A DNA stretch of 64,000 nt. Origin: the human T2T-CHM13v2.0 reference genome, Homo sapiens. The notes beneath the pieces are model-generated. The model searched no databases. It was not told where the DNA came from and saw nothing but the letters and a program-made list of their open reading frames with translations. The stretch lies in assembly GCF_009914755.1 (NCBI RefSeq), contig NC_060927.1; one strand, written 5' to 3'. This document shows positions 59,756 to 64,000 of this stretch, piece by piece; positions within the stretch are counted from its first letter, which is position 1, and the number at the start of each line of letters is the position of its first letter. A program made the position numbers and the translations under genes.

Positions 59756-62700
59756 TTAAGGATTATGAATTAAAATTATCAGTTGTCTTATTGTGCTTGT
59801 CTAAAGTGCTTTTAAATTTCCAATTCTCTGTATATTTTTTCTTGTAAAATTCTCATTTTTAATCTGCAGTGAAGTATTAACCTATCCCTGATAACACTTG
59901 CAAGTATTACGTTGCTCTTTAGAATTCAAGTTGTTTTATTTTAATTTTAGTGTCTTATGTTTAGACTGTATCATTTATTGCTATGCAAAAAATCAAGTGA
60001 ATACAATTCAATTATGTAAAATATTACATGAAGATAGCTCTAAAAAGTATGCTATGCATAATTGCAATTTACACAAGATGCCCTCTGAATCTCCTTTCCA
60101 GATGATGTAAATAAAATGATACTCTCAAATTAATACTAAGCTTTTCAGAGATTGCATCAGTGATGTTAAAGTAGGATTAAGGCATTAGAGGCTAAAATCT
60201 GTCAAGTATGGTTATGCATCTGAGATTCATTTACTGCACAATGAATGCAGTTTTATTTTCCACAAAAATTCACTTATAAAAATGAATGCTGTAGTTGATT
60301 GTTAATGCCAGCAAAGATAAAAATAGAACACATTTTGCAATACATTCTGTTGTTCTTATTTGTAATTGTGATCCTGAAATATTATCCTATAAGAAAGCAT
60401 GAAAAGATAATAAATTTAACACATTTATTTAAGGAATTCACAAAGAAAAAAAACACGCAATATGTTCCATTTCAATGTATTATGTAGCTGAGTGCTGAGA
60501 GGAGCCAGTTGCACAGTAATTTCTAAGCCTGAGACACTTTCTAACCTGCTGATTAACCCCATCCCACCAGTGCCTTCAGAACGCTCTTTCTGCTGAGACA
60601 GCTATTTGATTTCATCGTGATTTTGTATATGTTTAGATTTGAAGTAACCAATCTCTTCATAAATCTTACTATTCCATACAAAGTTGAGCTATCCAGCACA
60701 TTATGAAAGGAACAATACTGACCTATGAAGTATTAATACTCATTAAAGACTTGAAGATTGCAAAGTCTATAATGCAAGGCGAATTTGTAGAACATAGCTC
60801 CAGAATAAGGAATGGAGTATTTGTCTTACTATTGTGACAGGGATGATAATGTAAGAGAATGATGCAACTCAATGCAATTAATTTAATAAGCATTAACTCA
60901 GTGGGATCAGAATTTTAGAAAAAGTAAAGGCTTTGCCATTTATTCATAAAATAAGAGATAAGTTAAAATATTGAGTTATATAGCAAAATGACATGAACAA
61001 GAATAAAAATGGTTAGATCATTAGGTGTTTGAATGACAAGATGTCCAGAAAACTGTAAGCAGGTGATCAAGGAGTTAAGAAGTGAGTTGGGAAAGTAAGA
61101 TGTCACAGAAGCCAAGAAATGAGAGTAGTTAAGATGTATGTGTGAGAGGCAAACACAGCATGGAAGTTGACAAAGATAATAAATGAAAAAAAATTGATTT
61201 TTTGATTGAGAGATTATGTGACCTTTGATACAACAGATTCAGTAGATTTGTGAGTGTGTTTCCTAATGGTTAAGAAGCCAGTGGTGGTTTGCAAAGAACT
61301 GCAGAAGTAGGCAACTCTTTTGGTAAGTGGGACAATGCAGAAAAGAACAATTGTCCTAACACCAGCATTTCTGTAACTTCTGATTATCTTCTAGGGCTGA
61401 GAAATGACCTAATACTTATTGCATTTTTTTTCCTTTTTGAAATGAAAATATGCAACTTTAAAAATATTACTCTGCTTATTATTTTTAGTTCTTTAAACAT
61501 TTGCTGAATTTCTACTATGTGCAAATTATAGTCATAGGCATTATATGTGATGCTAAAATGAACAAGACATGCTCTCTTTCCTTAGGAAAATATATTTTAA
61601 AAGGAATTTGAGACATGTCGATAAGGAATGTAGGGTAAAGTAGACCTTGCTCTGAAAAAAATATTCCTCATAAGCACTCATGAGAGATAAACACCTAAAT
61701 AAGTTAGCTGAATCAGATTAGGAATAACTTAACATCATGCTGTAGAAAATGAAGCTTATTGTATAGATAGGAGTGCATTGCTTGTGATAGTAAGAAATTC
61801 TAATTTTTGCATTAGTGAAGAGTCTAGAAAATAGAATTTGTCAAGATAAATATCCTAGACCTTAGTTCTTCACTGTTAGGGGGATAAACTCTCTTCAAAA
61901 CTTTGCATTGCCTTGAATATTATGTTGGGCTTTGCTTTAAATTAAGGCAAAGCAGCTGCCTTTGTGGAATACTCAGTAGTACAGACATAATCAGTACTTT
62001 GAAACATCCTTACAAAGTGCTAATGCAATAAGGTCCCTATAAGAGAAATGTAACCCTAGCTCCAAGATAGATGACAGATAGGGTATTATTTTTGACATTT
62101 CTGAGACAATATATTGCAGCACTCTTCTGAGTCCCAAGATAGGAAAAATAGAACCCACAAGGCTTCTCTGTAGAAGATGCCCTATCTTTTTTTGGCTGGG
62201 ATAAATCTGGAGACAGTTCCCAGCAGCACTATGACTAATGTTCTTGGAAGGAATCATCTATATATTGATCCAAATAACGAATATTTATTTCAAGATTGGC
62301 ATCTAACTACTCTTTCTGTTCCTTGGGAAACAAAAAATGAAAAAAAAAAATGATGGTCCTTATTGGAAATAGGAACATATGTTTCCCAAAACATTTAGCA
62401 GCCTTTTGTATTATCTAAAGCAGGAGTGAATAAAATGTAATAAACAAAATATGTTCTTTTTCCCATATCATATGCAGCATAAGCACTTATATGTAGCATT
62501 TTGAAAGTTAAGTCCACATTATTTATCATAGTATGATATATAAGCTTATTCATAGTAGTAAGAATAATGACTTACCTTTAGACACACCATGCCACCCCAC
62601 CATGTCTACTTCACACATTCCTTCCCTGGTTATCATGCTGATATTTTCTTGACAAGATGAAAAGAGAACACATTATTCTTGATTCTGTATGATGGAGCAT

Positions 62701-63572
62701 GAATTTCCTCTACAATGGAGCCTCTGAGGATTTGGTTAAGAGCAATTGAAGAGCTGTGAACTGCACTTAAGGACCTTTAAAATAAAAGTCTTTAATAAAC
62801 GGGAGTCATTTTGCTTCTTCAGCTGCTCTTAAGGATAGCAGCCCACAAGGGGAGAAAATACAAGAATGAGTGAATACTTAATAAATATTTGTTGAATTGA
62901 ATTGGGTAAGTAATTGATTATTCTTCAACCGCAAAAGAAATTCTAGAGCTTTTCGAAGGAGATATTATGGCAATTTAGCTTGATCTATCTAGCATTAGAG
63001 TGCCAGGCAGGTGAAAGGTCCTGCCATGGTAAGGCAGCAGGCCTCAGCACGGAACTTGATATAGCACAAGTATTTGAATACTGTTCAGGAGACTGTAGTT
63101 GCTGGAAATTTAGATTGTTTTTTAAAAAGTATATTTTTAAACTAGAACGGAGACAACAGTTCCTGACACATAGTAGATCCTTAAGTCCATTATGAACGTT
63201 ATTTTCTTTTCTTGCCTTTCAGGGTGGGAAATGAGACAAATTCCTCTGAAATTATCAAGCCTTGGGCATCCAGGAAAAAGTCTGTAATTGCCTTCCAGCA
63301 CAATAGTGAAATGGTGCTCTTGGTCAAAAACTCAATTTTGAACAAAAACCTAAATGCCACATAATCTAAAACCCAAGCACTAACAAGCCAATAACACAAT
63401 GACACAAGCAGGCTTTTTCTTATTTTTGTAAAGTATTTCATATTTTTTTCCTAGTAAGAAAAACTTGTAGATACATTTTAACCTTTTCAGGCATGTTTCT
63501 TTTGTTATACTCATTATAATTTATACCTTTATGTGGTATAAAGAAATAAACATTATACTGAAATACACAGGG

Positions 63573-63783
63573 CAGTGCTTCTAAAATATAGCACAATTGA
63601 AATTTTGAGCTGGATATTTCCTTCTTTTGAGAGCTGTAGTCTGCATCTTAGGATGTTTAACACCATCCCTGGCCTATACACACTAGATACAATAGTAGTC
63701 TCTCCCAGTCTTGACAATCGGAAACGTCTCCAGAGGTTACCATGAGCCCAGAGGGACAAAATTGCTCCTGATTGAGCAATCTT
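63573..63783. mobile_element. MER20 (hAT-Charlie DNA transposon fossil)
   Basis: taggatgtttaacaccatccctggcct..acactagat...tgacaa..aaacgtctccaga...caaaattgctcc.gattgag. Confidence 0.8.
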
Positions 63784-64000
63784 ACCAATGCTAACTAATA
63801 AATTACATGTATATACTTCCAGTTAGTTGTAAGTGTATAATACAGATCTAAAAAGAACAGGTAATTTCTGTAAGGGTATATTTAAGAAAGGTGAGATTCC
63901 TTTGCTTTAATATGCTTTGAAAAAGTAGCCAAATGCTGTCGTTAATATTTCCTGAGTGATTAAACCATGAGGTTTTTCTGTATGCCTTTGTAAAATAATG

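Noticed and set aside
60485-60620. Cluster of three TGCTGA (MAF half-site-like) motifs in a slightly GC-richer patch
   Set aside because: Six-mers alone cannot support an enhancer call without chromatin or conservation data.

Overview
This is AT-rich, CpG-depleted primate genomic DNA, most likely human given an AluYa5-type insertion. It looks intronic or intergenic. I cannot recognise any host protein-coding gene, RNA gene or CRISPR array. The ORF track is explained by LINE-1 ORF1/ORF2 fragments, Alu- and LTR-derived open frames, and chance ORFs. The two main elements are a solo LTR12C (ERV9) on the minus strand (9852-11425, ATAC target duplication) and a 5'-complete but inactivated L1PA3-like LINE-1 on the plus strand (30082-35891, 14-bp TSD). 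There are also about 17 Alus, DNA-transposon fossils (MER47A, MER3, MADE1, Tigger2a, MER20), and old LTR, L1M, L2 and MIR remnants. I found no evidence of a new multi-gene system. The most unusual signals are: (1) a 33-bp in-frame insertion in L1 ORF2, copied in inverted orientation from about 830 bp downstream in the same element, near a microhomology-bounded deletion of about 280 bp; (2) a very young 5'-truncated AluYa5-type copy; (3) long odd-length palindromes at 55796-55826 and 15351-15373; (4) a MADE1 with a mirrored compensatory substitution; (5) a 160-bp duplication in the LTR12C enhancer; and (6) a few low-confidence candidate exons. Subfamily names come from recalled consensus sequences and need RepeatMasker/Dfam confirmation.
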